Positions 61,790-64,000 of a stretch of DNA of 64,000 nt are shown piece by piece. The DNA is from Asterias rubens (Eukaryota): assembly GCF_902459465.1 (NCBI RefSeq), contig NC_047081.1, positions 186,001-250,000 of the forward strand. Reading direction: 5' to 3'. The translations under genes were made by a program, and so were the position numbers. The notes beneath the pieces are model-generated. The model was not told where the DNA came from and did not search any database. It saw nothing but the letters and a program-made list of their open reading frames with translations. Numbering within the stretch: the stretch's first letter is position 1; every line of letters starts with the position of its first letter.

Positions 61790-62680
61790 ATGGCGTTCAG
61801 ATCCATCTTCCGTTTGGACCGCTGCAAACAACAAGCATTTTTTGCTTTTTCTGCTCTCTCAAAAGCTGGCAAAAGGGTAAGAAATAATATTTCTTTAGTC
61901 GGAGATATTATTTACTAGAAATTCTGGTTAATAGAACTGTTCTTTGCAACTAAAAATAAATATATCTGTATCACAAACACACACGAACGACGGATAACGA
62001 TATAAAAAACTTAAAAATGGGAAAGCCGGTGGCCCAGTCATATTGTTTGAAACAGCTAATTCTATTTTCTCAATTATTATTTCTCGTTCTTTTCAGGGAA
62101 AAGTTGCCGTATGGCGCCACCACTTTTTCATTCGATATGAAATAATATAGTAGTATCTAATTTACCTCAATGAATATCCCTTTTTGTTTTTGTAAAATTG
62201 AGTGAAAAAGTGGTGGCGCCATACGGAAAGTTATTCCATGTTCAGTTAAAATTTTCATTTCAATTATAAAAACATTAATATTAGACTTAAATTAAAAATT
62301 AAAAACATACATTTGTTTAAATTAGATAGAATACTATACTACACATTTTTTACTCATCTCTGTAGTCTTCAAAACTGCAATTTACAATGTTCTGTCTTAT
62401 AATTATCATTTGTTGAGCGAGGGACAGGGACACACCCTCTAAATGGGCGGGTGGGCGGGGCTTAGTGGATCCACTCATGAGGTTTGTTACACCATGGAAC
62501 TATTACTTAGCTCCATGGTTACACACTATACAAACCTCATAGTTCTAGGAGTATAGTGGTCCAATCTTGTCTCTGATGCATTTCTTGATTTTTCTTTAAT
62601 TTCTCAGGATGCTCATCGATTCCTACCTGGGAGTTTAAGACTTTGTGCAGCGGCTTACTGTTCAGCACCAAGCGATAATG
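61790..62680 (+). CDS. MCU: First two exons of a mitochondrial-targeted protein, most likely the calcium uniporter pore subunit (rest beyond window)
   Basis: Exon 61790-61876 (AAAATGGCG start; MAFRSIFRLDRCKQQAFFAFSALSKAGKR, donor AGG|GTAAG) and exon 62608-62680 (DAHRFLPGSLRLCAAAYCSAPSDN, phase-1 donor). The basic/hydroxyl-rich presequence, the YCS..PSD motif (recalled from vertebrate MCU exon 2) and the position divergent from MICU1 support the call. The MCU core domain is not in the window. Confidence 0.7.
62107..62226. mobile_element. Short MITE; half copy at ~8576-8652
   Basis: CCGTATGGCGCCACCACTTTTTCA ... TGAAAAAGTGGTGGCGCCATACGG: perfect 24-bp TIR. Confidence 0.8.
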
Positions 62681-63256
62681 GTGAGATACAGTCTGCATTA
62701 TGTAATGTGAAGCAATAGAAGCAATTGCCCCCATGCCCTGCCCCCAATTGCCCTCCATGCCCCCTGCCCTGGTCATTGCCTCAATGCCCCTTGTCATTGC
62801 CTCAATGCCCCTTGTCATTGCCTTTAGATTGTCCTTGAAGGATCTCATTATAGAGGTGCCTGCCCTACAATTGTATACCAAAGGATATACTGTCCTTTTA
62901 TGTAGTTTAGCTCACTAACAACCACTCTTTAATCAACCACTCTGTAATAGCCTTGAATCAGCATTCATAAAAACCTAAGACAGTTCATCCATTCTGATTG
63001 GTCGCATCCACGAGGGGTTGTTTGAACGGATGATATAACAAAAGTAAAAAGCTTGCACCTGTGCTTATAAGACAGTATCTTCATTCCTATTGGTCGAGAG
63101 CAACGGCTGGAACAGTTGTGCCACATCACGCGATACCATTTTATAGCTGGAGGGGTGTTGTGTTGAAATAAAACATTGAACAATACAGTTTTTGCATTAT
63201 TTTACTTTTTGACCAACATTTTTTGATGTTTTTTGACCGAAAAGGTATTTTTGAAT

Positions 63257-63420
63257 GGGAATCAAAGTGTGTTGAATCGATTTTCAACTAGTGGTTTAAA
63301 CCCGCCGAGGCCTGGTCCTTGATAATTTACCTCGACTTCATCTCGGTAAAATTATCAAGCACCAGGCCTCGGCGGGTTTAAACCACTAGTTGAAAACCTC
63401 TTCACCACGCATTGATTCCC
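63257..63420. repeat. Long hairpin/palindromic repeat
   Basis: TTTTCAACTAGTGGTTTAAACCCGCCGAGGCCTGGT ... ACCAGGCCTCGGCGGGTTTAAACCACTAGTTGAAAA is perfect for 36 bp, with imperfect extension both ways. Confidence 0.9.
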
Positions 63421-64000
63421 TTATTAGCAGTCCTACCCTTTGTTGTTTTCCAAAAGCAAACGGTAGAACTATGCATTTCTTTGCGTACTGTACACCGTGT
63501 GCACGTACATGTAGTGTTGTGGTGAATTAATATTTATTACACTGGTCATTAAACTTAATCACCCGTTACGTTCATGGACAGAAACTTTTTGTGGAAGTGA
63601 CTGCATTGGATGCAAATTGCTCATCATAATTTGAAATAACAAAAATTATAATACAGTGCTCGAAATTTACACTAAATGAGTATTGAGTAGATCTCGTAAG
63701 TCCAACATCCACAAATTTGCATTTATGATCGTGCCCAACTCATATATTAACCAGTAGATACTTACTGACAGTGTGTACAAGTCTCCTCTTAAATTATTCA
63801 AAATTGTGCAAATAATATGAATCCAGTTTGCTGGGTCGTGGTTAAATACATCACATGTTGCCAAGGTCTCAAAAAAGTCCTCTTGAAAACTCAAATTTAA
63901 AATTCTAATGAATCAAGAGTTGTTGGGTCTACACAATAGACGCATCCTAGGCACTCTGGCTTCCCTGTCGCTACACCTGCATATTACATAAATGTGTCAA

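Noticed and set aside
63667-63894. 75-aa minus-strand ORF, possibly a decayed LINE ORF2 tail
   Set aside because: No diagnostic RT or endonuclease motif visible; needs a profile search.

Overview
AT-rich, intron-containing animal genomic DNA. The repeat landscape and gene structures suggest an invertebrate deuterostome, probably a sea star (recognition only, not searched). I rebuilt eight complete spliced genes and the 5' end of a ninth from GT-AG sites with phase-consistent exons. In order: two inverted, divergently transcribed SCD/delta-9-type desaturase paralogs (-,+); two convergent CYP17-like clan-2 P450 paralogs with identical intron positions (+,-); an intronless LRR-Ig transmembrane receptor with a Tyr/acidic repeat tail (-); a FABP-family protein (+); PBLD/PhzF (-); MICU1 (-); and, head-to-head with MICU1, two exons that look like the start of MCU (+). 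Non-coding DNA holds many TIR elements/MITEs, tRNA-derived SINEs, a ~0.96 kb tandem duplication and several minisatellites, including a 6.6 kb 16-bp array that explains all the giant His/Cys ORFs. Strongest observations: the MICU1-MCU divergent pair outside vertebrates; a patchy gene-conversion mosaic between the SCDs that spares substrate-tunnel residues; tandem repeats that duplicate splice sites; and a possible lipid/sterol-tailoring neighbourhood, which may instead be ancestral linkage.
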